Below, in pieces: positions 37,011 to 46,597 of a stretch of DNA of 47,681 nucleotides (within the stretch, counting starts at the first letter, position 1; each line of letters begins with the position of its first letter). The notes beneath the pieces are model-generated. The model saw nothing but the letters and a program-made list of their open reading frames with translations. It was not told where the DNA came from and made no database searches. The DNA is from Patescibacteria group bacterium (lineage in GTDB: Bacteria > Patescibacteriota > UBA1384 > 2-12-FULL-50-11). A program made the position numbers and the translations under genes. The stretch covers positions 1-47,681 of the forward strand of contig JALHMV010000004.1 of the NCBI GenBank assembly GCA_022843855.1. The letters are read 5' to 3'.

Positions 37011-37406
37011 ATGGCTAAGAAACCCGTAAAGGCAACAAAGAAGAAAGTTTTTGAAAAGGTTGAGGAGATCCGCCTCTTTATTTACGCGTCCTTCAACAAT
37101 ACGATTATCACCGCATCCGGTTATAAATCAGGTAATGTTCTCGGCTGGACCTCCTCAGGCGGCTCAGGGTTTAAAGGAACAAAAAAAGGTACTCCGTACG
37201 CTGCCGGCATTGCGATGAAGAATCTTCTCGATAAGATCGCACCGTACGAACCGCAGATCGCGCATGTCTTTGTTTCTGGTGCCGGTAACGGTCGCGACGC
37301 CGCGCTTCGAGCGTTGATCGGAACAGGTATTAAAACCGCTGAAATCAAAGATGTAACCGCCCTTCCTCACAACGGAGTACGAGCTAAAAAGGCGCGACGA
37401 GTTTAA
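37011..37406 (+). CDS. rpsK: 30S ribosomal protein S11
   Basis: 131 aa with FNNTIIT, GFKGTKKGTPYAA and PHNGVRAKKARRV. Confidence 0.98.
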   Translation: MAKKPVKATKKKVFEKVEEIRLFIYASFNNTIITASGYKSGNVLGWTSSGGSGFKGTKKGTPYAAGIAMKNLLDKIAPYEPQIAHVFVSGAGNGRDAALRALIGTGIKTAEIKDVTALPHNGVRAKKARRV

Positions 37407-37408
37407 TC

Positions 37409-37960
37409 ATGGAAAACACACCAACCCAATCACCAGATCAGAAAAATACACGCACCGGTACCGGTGCGCCACAACGCCCAACTGGTAATCGCCGACAGAA
37501 GAAGATTACCGAGTACGGTTCTCAACTTCAGGAAAAACAGCGTCTCCGCAACAACTATGGTCTACGCGAGAAGCAGTTCCGTCGCTACTTCGAAATCGCT
37601 TCCACTGAACGCGGCCAAACCGGCCGAGCTTTGCTCGAGCAGCTCGAAAGCCGTCTAGATAACGTGCTCTTTCGTGCAGGGCTAGCAACGAGTCGTGCGC
37701 ACGCTCGCCAGCTGGTTAGCCACAAACATTTCCGTGTAAACGGTAAGCGGGTCAACATTCCGTCGCTCCCAGTTTCTGAAGGCGACATCATTGAGCCAGT
37801 CAAAAAAGAAGGTATCAGCATCCGACCGGAAGCATCTGAATACACTTGGATTGATCTCGACAAAAAGTCGATGAAACTTACAATTACCGGTACACCATCA
37901 GAGTCAGACCTACCGATCGAGTTTGATACTCAAAAAGTTATTGAATTCTACTCACGTTAA
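37409..37960 (+). CDS. rpsD: 30S ribosomal protein S4 with a non-canonical N-terminus
   Basis: 183 aa. The S4 core (YGSQLQEKQRLRNNYGLREKQFRRYF, LESRLDNVLFRAGLATSRAHARQLVSHKHFRVNGKRVNIPS) is preceded by a ~35-aa low-complexity segment instead of the usual MARY.GP... N-terminal domain. Confidence 0.93.
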   Translation: MENTPTQSPDQKNTRTGTGAPQRPTGNRRQKKITEYGSQLQEKQRLRNNYGLREKQFRRYFEIASTERGQTGRALLEQLESRLDNVLFRAGLATSRAHARQLVSHKHFRVNGKRVNIPSLPVSEGDIIEPVKKEGISIRPEASEYTWIDLDKKSMKLTITGTPSESDLPIEFDTQKVIEFYSR

Positions 37961-38041
37961 AATGAGTCCGAACCTTGATCGTTACGTCTCTAACTGGTAT
38001 GATGTACAAGCAAATTTGAATTTGGAGGTTATCTAACAACA

Positions 38042-38833
38042 ATGTCGTATAAATTGCCTGAAGTATCGTTGATGCAGGTGAAGGCCGAGGAAGTCACTGA
38101 TAATAACGGTACTTTCGTTATCGAGCCGCTCCTGCCTGGGTTTGGTCTTACAATTGGAAACGCGCTCCGTCGCGTTCTTCTGTCGTCACTCCCTGGCGCA
38201 GCGATAACTTCGATCCGTATTGACGGTGTCGCTCACGAGTTCACAACCATCAAGGGTGTGCGCCAAGACGTTGTTGATCTTATCCTCAACCTCAAACAAG
38301 TCCGTCTTACCGTGGAGTCAGATGAGCCACAGGTTATCATCCTCGACGTTAAAGGTGAGAAAGCGGTTAAGGCCGGTGATTTCAAGTGCCCAACTGGTGT
38401 CACTATCATCAATAAAGATCTCGCTTTAGCTGACGTTGTCGCTGGCGGTAAGCTTCTCCTCGAAGCAACTGTTGAACGCGGTCGTGGTTACGTCCCGACA
38501 GAGATGCGCAAAGACGAAAAGTTGCCGATCGGCGTCATCGCTATCGATTCGGCTTTCTCTCCGGTTAAGCGCGTCAACTTCAATACTGAGAATACCCGCG
38601 TTGGAAAAATGACCAACTTTGACCGCCTTGTTCTTGAGATCGAAACTGACGGTTCAATTACCCCGCAACACGCTCTCGAGCACGCGTCGGCTATCCTCGT
38701 CGACCACTTCTCTGTTATCGCTGGTGATCAGACAGCTGAACCTGGACAGTCTGATCTCGAAGCAACAGCAGAAGACGGTGAAGCCGAAGAAGCACCAAAA
38801 GCCAAAAAATCGACCAAGAAAGCCGCTAAGTAA
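38042..38833 (+). CDS. rpoA: DNA-directed RNA polymerase alpha subunit, N-terminal domain only (no alpha-CTD)
   Basis: 263 aa. The NTD is collinear with E. coli RpoA 1-235 (GNALRRVLLSSLPGAAITSIRIDGV, VERGRGYVP, FSPVKRVNF). It ends in a 35-aa acidic/Lys tail. The LE.SVR..NCL helix-hairpin-helix motif is absent. Confidence 0.93.
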   Translation: MSYKLPEVSLMQVKAEEVTDNNGTFVIEPLLPGFGLTIGNALRRVLLSSLPGAAITSIRIDGVAHEFTTIKGVRQDVVDLILNLKQVRLTVESDEPQVIILDVKGEKAVKAGDFKCPTGVTIINKDLALADVVAGGKLLLEATVERGRGYVPTEMRKDEKLPIGVIAIDSAFSPVKRVNFNTENTRVGKMTNFDRLVLEIETDGSITPQHALEHASAILVDHFSVIAGDQTAEPGQSDLEATAEDGEAEEAPKAKKSTKKAAK

Positions 38834-38838
38834 CGCCG

Positions 38839-39258
38839 ATGAAGCGAGTTGTCCGCGCCCATTCTGACTTCCTTTCCACCCAGCTGCGCAACCAGCTCAC
38901 TTCACTTGTTCTCTACGAAGCTGTTACGACTACTACCGCCAACGCTAAGAATCTCCTCCCATTTGCTAACCGTTTTTTCAATAAAATGAAAAAGGCCGAT
39001 TTAGGAGCGAAGAAGCTAGCCCACGCTACGCTCTTCGATAAAAAAGCGATCGAAAAGGTATTTGAAGAAATCATGCCCCGCTACAAGTCTGAGGAGACGA
39101 CCTTCGTTCGTTCGTTGCGCGTCGCCGCGCGCAAAGGTGATAACGCCCCCCAGACACTCGTCAGCTTAATCGCGACCCTCGATGTCAAGCCAACGGCAAA
39201 AGAGAACACGGAAGCCAAACCAAAGCCAAAGACGCGAACTAAGAAGGCGGCGCAATGA
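38839..39258 (+). CDS. rplQ: 50S ribosomal protein L17
   Basis: 139 aa in the L17 position after rpoA. LRNQLTSLVLYEAVTTTTANAKNLLPFANRF. Lys-rich tail. Confidence 0.93.
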   Translation: MKRVVRAHSDFLSTQLRNQLTSLVLYEAVTTTTANAKNLLPFANRFFNKMKKADLGAKKLAHATLFDKKAIEKVFEEIMPRYKSEETTFVRSLRVAARKGDNAPQTLVSLIATLDVKPTAKENTEAKPKPKTRTKKAAQ

Positions 39259-39632
39259 CCGAATTGAAAAAAGTAACAACTCATACGCTTGACGCCAACG
39301 GTAAGGTACTCGGACGACTAGCGACAGAAATCGCGACGCTACTGCGTGGTAAGAACAAAGTTGGCTTTACTTATCACCAAGATCACGGAGACCGAGTCGT
39401 GGTAAAAAATGCTGATAAGGTTGTCCTAACTGGCAATAAAGCGACACAAAAAAAGTACTACCGTCACTCTAGCTACCCAGGCGGATTGCGCGAAGTTTCA
39501 TACAAAGAAATGAGCGAACAGCATCCCGACCGAGTAATTCGGCTAGCCGTACAGAACATGCTACCAAATAACCGTCTTCGAACAGGGTGGTTAAAGCGTC
39601 TTATTATTGAAACAGGAGAGCCACATGCCTAA
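39255..39632 (+). CDS. rplM: 50S ribosomal protein L13
   Basis: 125 aa with LGRLATEIATLLRGKNK, KKYYRHSSYPGGL and MLPNNRL. Confidence 0.96.
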   Translation: MTELKKVTTHTLDANGKVLGRLATEIATLLRGKNKVGFTYHQDHGDRVVVKNADKVVLTGNKATQKKYYRHSSYPGGLREVSYKEMSEQHPDRVIRLAVQNMLPNNRLRTGWLKRLIIETGEPHA

Positions 39633-40002
39633 AACAGCTGACCAATTTACCGGTGTCGGTCGCCGAAAAACCGCCGTTGCACAAACCCGCCTCACGACAG
39701 GCAAAGGTCTCTTTATCGTCAACGGCAAAGAGCAGCCGCTCCCGCGGAAAATTGCAACGATGTACGAGCTCGTTGGACGCACCGGACAGCTCAACGCTGA
39801 GGTTATCCTTCGCGGAGGTGGTAGAACCGGTCAGATCGACGCCGCCGCTCTGGGGATCGCCCGCGCGCTCGTTGGACTCAACCCTGATTTTCGCTCGACG
39901 CTGCGTAAGGGTGGTTATCTTACCAGAGACGCTCGCGTTACCGAACGGAAAAAACCGGGACTCAAAAAAGCCCGCCGTTCGCCGCAGTGGGCGAAGCGTT
40001 AA
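39625..40002 (+). CDS. rpsI: 30S ribosomal protein S9
   Basis: 125 aa from ATG 39625. GVGRRKTAVAQTRL and TRDARVTERKKPGLKKARRSPQWAKR. Confidence 0.96.
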   Translation: MPKTADQFTGVGRRKTAVAQTRLTTGKGLFIVNGKEQPLPRKIATMYELVGRTGQLNAEVILRGGGRTGQIDAAALGIARALVGLNPDFRSTLRKGGYLTRDARVTERKKPGLKKARRSPQWAKR

Positions 40003-40016
40003 ACAGCACCTGTTGC

Positions 40017-40044
40017 AAAAGAGCCGTCCGCGGCTCTTTTGCTT
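40017..40044 (+). terminator. Rho-independent terminator after rpsI
   Basis: aaaagagccg-tccg-cggctctttt followed by gcttt. Confidence 0.7.
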
Positions 40045-40092
40045 TGGTGGCCGAGGTTGAATCAGAGTAGCCTTTCAGAGAAAATAGGGTTG

Positions 40093-40410
40093 ATGAGCAA
40101 GAACAAGCTCGAACAAGTCAACCAGGCGTATAAGAAGGCGCTTGCGCAAGTGCTCGTCAAGGAGATGCCGCAGATCGTTGAGCTAACCGTCTCGGACGTT
40201 CTCATTGACCCTTCGTACCAACACGGGAGAGTCTATCTGCGTACGAGCCCCGAGATTTTCGAGCAAGTTGAGAAGAAGCGATCGGATATACTAACCCAAC
40301 TGACAAAATATGTTGAAACTCGGTACACGCCAAAACTGACCTTTCATCTCGACGACGGCCAGTTGGACCATCTCGACCAGCTCTTCGAGAAAATTGAAAC
40401 CAAGCAATGA
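40093..40410 (+). CDS. rbfA: Ribosome-binding factor A
   Basis: 105 aa from ATG 40093. LTVSDVLIDPSYQHGRVYL...RYTPKLTFHLDD pattern is typical of RbfA. Confidence 0.8.
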   Translation: MSKNKLEQVNQAYKKALAQVLVKEMPQIVELTVSDVLIDPSYQHGRVYLRTSPEIFEQVEKKRSDILTQLTKYVETRYTPKLTFHLDDGQLDHLDQLFEKIETKQ

Positions 40411-40787
40411 AGACTCGGGTACTGCTCTTTCTGTTGTTTGTCGCAACGCTGATCGCCGGCGGTACATTGGTAACCGTTCTCTTCAACACTGCTCCGACGA
40501 CGACTGAGATAATCCTACTCTTCTATTGCGCGCTCACGGTAGTAATCTTCGGATTAGTGTTCTTCACGATCTACAGTCTGGCGGCACTCCGCTTTCAGGG
40601 ACTGCCCGACTGGCAAAGCACGGTAAGCGCGCTGCGGATTGGGGTGATCGCCGGGATTTTCAGCGCTGTTCTGCTGGCAATTCAGTCAGTATCCTTCTTA
40701 AACCTCGCCACCTTTGTCATTGTTCTCATTCTGGCGCTCGCGTGTGAGCTGATGTTGCGCCGTCGACTAGTGGTAGGGAAGCGATGA
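40407..40787 (+). CDS. Hypothetical 4-TM membrane protein
   Basis: 126 aa with four hydrophobic segments. ATGA-type overlaps with rbfA upstream and pheS downstream. Confidence 0.65.
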   Translation: MKTRVLLFLLFVATLIAGGTLVTVLFNTAPTTTEIILLFYCALTVVIFGLVFFTIYSLAALRFQGLPDWQSTVSALRIGVIAGIFSAVLLAIQSVSFLNLATFVIVLILALACELMLRRRLVVGKR

Positions 40788-41467
40788 CTGGCCACCTGCA
40801 CCCGATCACGCAAGTTACAGAAAAGATCGCGACATATTTTGCCGATTACGGTTTTGAGGTCGTAAACGGGCCAGAAATTGAGACGGAAGAATACAATTTT
40901 GACAAACTTCGAGTCTCAGCTGATCACCCTGCACGCGACGAACAGGATACGTTCTACATCAAGCCAGGATGGGTGCTTCGGACCCATGCCACAAACATAC
41001 AGCTTCGTGCCATGGAGACACGTAAGCCCCCCGTTCGAATAATCTCGCCAGGACGAGTCTTCCGTAACGAAGCAACTGACTCGACGCACAACACAACCTT
41101 TCACCAACTCGATATGCTGGTGATCGGTGAGGATATAACGCTCGGCCACCTAATCGGAACGCTTCAAGGGATGATGCGCCACTTGGTCGGGAACGATATT
41201 GAGTTTCGGATCCGCCCCGGTTTTTTTCCGTTTGTTGAGCCGGGACTTGAGCTAGATTTTCGGCGAAAGAACTCGGAACAATGGACGGAGATTTTAGGCG
41301 CCGGTATGGTTCATCCAGAGGTTCTTGGCAATATGGGCTTAGACAGCAAGAAATACACTGGCTTCGCCTTCGGAATGGGTGTCGAGCGAATTTTGGCAGT
41401 TATCAGCGGTGTTGACGACGTCAGACATAACTTAAGCGGCGATTACCGTTTTCTCGGGCAGTTCTAA
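40784..41467 (+). CDS. pheS: Phenylalanine--tRNA ligase alpha subunit, catalytic core only
   Basis: 227 aa starting at the HP.T motif (GHLHPITQV). Has HPARDEQDTFY, FRNE, HQLDMLV and GFAFGMGVERI. The ~100-aa N-terminal coiled coil of typical bacterial PheS is absent. Confidence 0.93.
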   Translation: MTGHLHPITQVTEKIATYFADYGFEVVNGPEIETEEYNFDKLRVSADHPARDEQDTFYIKPGWVLRTHATNIQLRAMETRKPPVRIISPGRVFRNEATDSTHNTTFHQLDMLVIGEDITLGHLIGTLQGMMRHLVGNDIEFRIRPGFFPFVEPGLELDFRRKNSEQWTEILGAGMVHPEVLGNMGLDSKKYTGFAFGMGVERILAVISGVDDVRHNLSGDYRFLGQF

Positions 41468-43329
41468 TGCGCGTCTTCCGCTCTGATTTACTTGCGTTTC
41501 TTCCTCAGTTGACGCTCGATACTGCGAGTCTAGCTGGAATGTTGTCGATGATTGGCCATGAGTCGGAAGTCATAAACGACGGAGAGCTTGAGGTAAAAGT
41601 CTTTCCGAGCCGCGGTGACGTACTTTCATTGCGCGGTCTAACACGAGACTTAGCCGCGTTGCGTCCAGAAGTAGGGGAATGGGTCGATTGCCCGGTAGCG
41701 CAACTACCGGAACCGACTGATTTCTTTTCGCTGACGATTGACCCCCGCGCCCAACGCTACGTATATGCTGACCATCTCATCCTTCTCTCAAACTATCGAC
41801 CGACTGCAAGCCCAGAAAAGATTCGGCGACTACTGAGACCGCTTGGCCTACAACCGAAAGATCTTCTCGTTGATCTGACGAATATTATTACCTACGAGAC
41901 TGGTCAGCCGCTTCATGCCTTTGATTTTGAGAGCATTGCCGCTGGCATGACTCTCGATCTTTCCCGAAGCGGCGAGTCGTTTGTCGCGCTTAACAACAAG
42001 AAAATTGAACTGGAAAGCGATCTCCTCATCGCTCGTCATGCCATAACAAAAGACGTAGTTGATTTGGTCGGTACGATCGGGGGCAAGAATTCTTCCGCTC
42101 AGCTCAAATCAGGGAAAGTACTCATCCAGGCCGCTGCGTTTGAGCCGAGCATTATTCGTCGCAATAGCCGTTCAACAGGCATAACGACTGAAGCGTCGTA
42201 CCGATACCAGCGAGGGGTCGACCCGGCCCTGCCTAATCTGGCGCTTGCCAGGTTCGCATTACTCCTTAAAGAAGCGCTCCCAAGTATCTCCATCGATGCG
42301 TATCAAAGTTTCTCTAACGTTCCAGTAGCTACTGAAATCGCACTTGACCGAAACTATGTAAGTCGTCTCCTTGGTCACGAGGTACCGACAACCGCAATCG
42401 ACACATTAGACAACCTAGGTTTTAGGATAAAGGGGAGCTCGGTTATACCGCCCAGCTGGCGTTTTGATATCACATGCCCGGCTGATATCGCTGAAGAAAT
42501 TGGAAGAATCATTGGTCTAGACGCGATTACGCCAACGCCCTTAGGCGCGAAGTCCGGCTCCTATGCTGGGGAGTTTTGGCAGGTCTTGGGTCTCAAGCGT
42601 GCTTTAGTAGAGCAAGGGCTCACCGAAACAATGACGTATTCCTTTGTCGAGAACGGCTTTGTTACATTGCAAGACCCACGCACCGACGACCAAAAAGCGA
42701 TGCGAACAAACCTACGAACGGGGATCCTTTCGACGCTCGCAAGAAATCCGTATTTGCACAAAGCAGCCTTCTTTGAGATCGGCAACGTCTTCACCCCTGA
42801 CGAGTCAACGCATATCGGGGTCGGTGTCACCGGCCGAAGAGAGAGCGCGATTCGCCAACTTGAGAGCACTCTCAAGGAGATGTGCGGCCTATCACTTACC
42901 TTTGAACAAGTCGATCCGACCGAGTTGGCACGGTTCGATGTAAAGCAAGCAAAGGTTTTCTATGGGGAGCTGCCCGTAAAGATGGTTGAAAAGAGATTCG
43001 TCTACCTACCCAACCGGGATATGACAATTCAACGCTTTACCACAATTAGTAAATATCCACCTATCGTTCGAGATATCACCATTGTCGTTGACAAAACGAT
43101 CGATTCATCAGTCGTCACAAGTCATTGTTTAGCCAACGACGCGATACTGATCGCCGAGCTCGTCGACCGCTTCGAATCTACGGAAAAGCTTGGCGAAGAA
43201 AAAGTCGCGCTGACATTCCGGCTTTTTGTTCAGAGTATTGAGCGGACACTCCGCGACGAAGAGGCAACAAAAATTATCGAACAGGTTTTCCATACATTGT
43301 CTGATACGGTACCATTCGAGATACGATGA
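41467..43329 (+). CDS. pheT: Phenylalanine--tRNA ligase beta subunit, shortened
   Basis: 620 aa with B3/4-like, B5 (FDITCPADIAEEIGRIIGLDAI), core and C-terminal FDX-ACB (ISKYPPIVRDITIVVD) regions. It is shorter than the ~790-aa typical bacterial PheT, and the N-terminal tRNA-binding OB region appears missing. Confidence 0.9.
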   Translation: MRVFRSDLLAFLPQLTLDTASLAGMLSMIGHESEVINDGELEVKVFPSRGDVLSLRGLTRDLAALRPEVGEWVDCPVAQLPEPTDFFSLTIDPRAQRYVYADHLILLSNYRPTASPEKIRRLLRPLGLQPKDLLVDLTNIITYETGQPLHAFDFESIAAGMTLDLSRSGESFVALNNKKIELESDLLIARHAITKDVVDLVGTIGGKNSSAQLKSGKVLIQAAAFEPSIIRRNSRSTGITTEASYRYQRGVDPALPNLALARFALLLKEALPSISIDAYQSFSNVPVATEIALDRNYVSRLLGHEVPTTAIDTLDNLGFRIKGSSVIPPSWRFDITCPADIAEEIGRIIGLDAITPTPLGAKSGSYAGEFWQVLGLKRALVEQGLTETMTYSFVENGFVTLQDPRTDDQKAMRTNLRTGILSTLARNPYLHKAAFFEIGNVFTPDESTHIGVGVTGRRESAIRQLESTLKEMCGLSLTFEQVDPTELARFDVKQAKVFYGELPVKMVEKRFVYLPNRDMTIQRFTTISKYPPIVRDITIVVDKTIDSSVVTSHCLANDAILIAELVDRFESTEKLGEEKVALTFRLFVQSIERTLRDEEATKIIEQVFHTLSDTVPFEIR

Positions 43330-44708
43330 CAAACCAACGAATCCTTGCTCGTGACGTCGCTAACCACGTTGATTCTACCGTCACTGTCCGTGGTTGGGCC
43401 GAGAGTATCCGCCGGCACTCCAAAGTAGCCTTTATTGATCTTCGAGATCGAACAGGCATTACACAGATCGTCGTAACAGGCGAGTTGCTAACGGCTATAC
43501 AAACGGTAACCGATGAATCAGTCCTATCCGTGACGGGTAAAGTAACAAAACGCCCACAAAACCTGATTAACGCCAACATTGTCTCGGGAACAATCGAAAT
43601 ACAGGCTGAGTCGGTCGAAGTCGATACGCTTGCGGCCGCGCTACCAATGCCGCTCAACGACCGGAGCGTTGGCGAAGATGTCCGTCTAAAATACCGCTAC
43701 CTCGACCTTCGAAGTCGAAAAATGGCCGAGAACCTTCGATTACGACATCAGATGAATCAATACATTCGTCAATACTTGAGCGAGCGAGAGTTTGTCGAAG
43801 TCGAGACCCCGACCATCTCAAAATCGACTCCCGAGGGCGCTCGCGACTATTTGGTTCCAAGCCGAATCATCCCCGGTAGTTTTTACGCCTTACCGCAATC
43901 TCCTCAGCAGTATAAGCAACTACTCATGGTTGGTGGCATCGAACGCTACTTCCAGATTGCCCGCTGCTTCCGTGACGAGGACGCCCGCGGCGATCGTCAA
44001 CCAGAATTTACCCAGTTAGATATCGAGATGAGCTTTACTACCCAAGAGGAAATTCTGGCAACGGTTGAGGAGCTGTTTCTCGGGCTAGTTACAAAGTTTT
44101 TCCCTGAAAAAACACTGACCTTCGGCGAATCGGTGCCGCGATTAACGCACGCAGAAGTCATGGAAAAATACGGCACCGACAAGCCTGACTTGCGCAAGGA
44201 CACAACAAATCCCGATGAACTGGCATTCGCTTTCGTGGTCGATTTCCCGCTTTTTGATTGGGACGAAAAGAAGAAGCGTTTCGATGCAGCTCACCACCCG
44301 TTTACCGCACCCAAAAAAGAGTATATCGAGACGTTTGAAAAACAACCAAAAGAAGCGCTATCTGAGGCGTACGATTTGGTGCTGAACGGTTCGGAGATTG
44401 CCAGCGGAAGCATCCGAATCAACCAGCCAGAGCTGCAGTCGCGCATATTTGCGTTCATCGGACACGACCAACGCTCGATCGATGAAAAGTTCGGCCACAT
44501 CATTGAGGCTTTCCGATTTGGCGCACCGCCGCACGGCGGCATTGCCCCGGGGTTGGATCGGATCTATTCGATACTTTTGAAGGAAGAAACTATTCGCGAT
44601 GTGATCGCGTTTGCCAAGGCAGGTGACGGTCGTGACTTGATGATGAACGCCCCGAGTGTTGTTGACGATTCACAGCTCAAAGAACTGGGTATTCAATTAC
44701 GTAAGTGA
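43326..44708 (+). CDS. aspS: Aspartate--tRNA ligase, bacterial-type core without the GAD insertion domain
   Basis: 460 aa with FYALPQSPQQYKQLLM, FRDEDARGDRQPEFTQLDIEMSF and GGIAPGLDRI. DKPDLRKDTTNPDELAFAFVVDFPLF joins directly the two segments that flank the ~130-aa insertion in E. coli AspRS. Confidence 0.92.
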   Translation: MTNQRILARDVANHVDSTVTVRGWAESIRRHSKVAFIDLRDRTGITQIVVTGELLTAIQTVTDESVLSVTGKVTKRPQNLINANIVSGTIEIQAESVEVDTLAAALPMPLNDRSVGEDVRLKYRYLDLRSRKMAENLRLRHQMNQYIRQYLSEREFVEVETPTISKSTPEGARDYLVPSRIIPGSFYALPQSPQQYKQLLMVGGIERYFQIARCFRDEDARGDRQPEFTQLDIEMSFTTQEEILATVEELFLGLVTKFFPEKTLTFGESVPRLTHAEVMEKYGTDKPDLRKDTTNPDELAFAFVVDFPLFDWDEKKKRFDAAHHPFTAPKKEYIETFEKQPKEALSEAYDLVLNGSEIASGSIRINQPELQSRIFAFIGHDQRSIDEKFGHIIEAFRFGAPPHGGIAPGLDRIYSILLKEETIRDVIAFAKAGDGRDLMMNAPSVVDDSQLKELGIQLRK

Positions 44709-45706
44709 TGTACGAGCCGGTGAGGCGAAATCATATCAGCTCGAGTAGAAAGAAGAAGGCCCGATTTCTCACAGTATTCTTGACTATCGCCGTTCTACTT
44801 CTATTGCGGCAACTCTCAGAGGGAATCGATCCGGTAACTGTTTCAGGGGCACATAGCAGCAAACTGACTGCGGACCTACCAACCCACCAGTACATTACCG
44901 TCAGTCCCACCGCACCAGCACCGCCGGTATACGCCAAAAATATCCTTCTTCTTGATGCGGAAAACGGCGATGTGTTGTATGGCCAAAAGATCGACGACCC
45001 TATTCCAGTAGCTTCAACAACTAAGATGGTAACTGCCTTAACAGTTGTTCGAAAAATGAAGCTGGATACCATTACTACCGTTAGTAAACGCCCACCAACC
45101 GTCCAGGGTTCAAAGATTAACCTTAGAGCGGGAGAAAAAATATCCGTTGGCGATCTACTAAAAGGTTTATTGATTAATTCTGGAAATGACGCCGCATTTG
45201 CTCTAGCGGAAGCGTATTCCGGAAAAGAAGGGGAGTACCAGCCGTTTATTGATGAGATGAACGCGTATGTGCGAGAGCATAATCTCCCGACATCCAAGTT
45301 CTTTGACCCTGCTGGTCTCGACGACGAGCGGGGTCGATCAACAGCTCGTGAACTTGCTCACATCGCTCGACTTGTTTTAGCTGACTCGACGCTTCGCTCA
45401 ATTATAATGACGCCGCAAACCGCTATTGCTTCGACAGACGGTGCGATAGTTCACGAATTAAAGAACACTAATCGATTAATCCAAAGCGATACGATCTACT
45501 ACCTGCCTAACGCGTTAGGAGTGAAAACCGGATTTACTCATGAAGCGGGTCACTGTCTGGTCGCGGCGTATACAATGGGCGATAAGACACTGATTGGCGT
45601 AGTCATGAACACGGCTGAGTACACCACTACCGCTTCTGCCAGCGAAATGCGTAAACTCTTCCTCTGGGCAGAAAAGCACACTTCCCTTCGACAATACCGC
45701 TATTGA
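44708..45706 (+). CDS. D-alanyl-D-alanine carboxypeptidase (PBP5-like, peptidase S11)
   Basis: About 332 aa (GTG 44705 is an alternative start) with an N-terminal TM. SxxK (ASTTKM), SxN (SGND) and KTG (KTGFT) motifs. Confidence 0.88.
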   Translation: MYEPVRRNHISSSRKKKARFLTVFLTIAVLLLLRQLSEGIDPVTVSGAHSSKLTADLPTHQYITVSPTAPAPPVYAKNILLLDAENGDVLYGQKIDDPIPVASTTKMVTALTVVRKMKLDTITTVSKRPPTVQGSKINLRAGEKISVGDLLKGLLINSGNDAAFALAEAYSGKEGEYQPFIDEMNAYVREHNLPTSKFFDPAGLDDERGRSTARELAHIARLVLADSTLRSIIMTPQTAIASTDGAIVHELKNTNRLIQSDTIYYLPNALGVKTGFTHEAGHCLVAAYTMGDKTLIGVVMNTAEYTTTASASEMRKLFLWAEKHTSLRQYRY

Positions 45707-45743
45707 CGACTACTCCGCACCTGGATCAACATATGTGTAAGTC

Positions 45744-45772
45744 TTGACAAGAACAGTAGACGGTATATTAAT
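45744..45772 (+). promoter_or_regulatory. Candidate promoter for the 45838 membrane-protein gene
   Basis: Consensus TTGACA (45744-45749), then a 16/17-nt spacer to TATTAAT (45766-45772). Followed by a ~65-nt leader and SD aaaggag. Confidence 0.4.
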
Positions 45773-45825
45773 AACGTAAACATCGTATTTCCTTCCGAGG
45801 AGACTCTGGAAGAGATTACAAATAA

Positions 45826-46521
<696 letters not shown>

Positions 46522-46545
46522 AAAGCGAAACGAGAGGCGCCTGTG

Positions 46546-46576
46546 AAAAACCCCGGAGTAACACCGGGGTTTTTCT
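46546..46576. terminator. Bidirectional rho-independent terminator
   Basis: aaaaaccccgg-agtaaca-ccggggttttt between convergent genes. Confidence 0.7.
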
Positions 46577-46597
46577 TTGCTCGTATTATCCTCACCG

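Noticed and set aside
39653-40060. 135-aa plus-strand ORF overlapping rpsI in another frame
   Set aside because: It lies entirely within rpsI and its terminator, and its translation is Ser/Arg/Pro-rich with no motif. It is a frame artefact.
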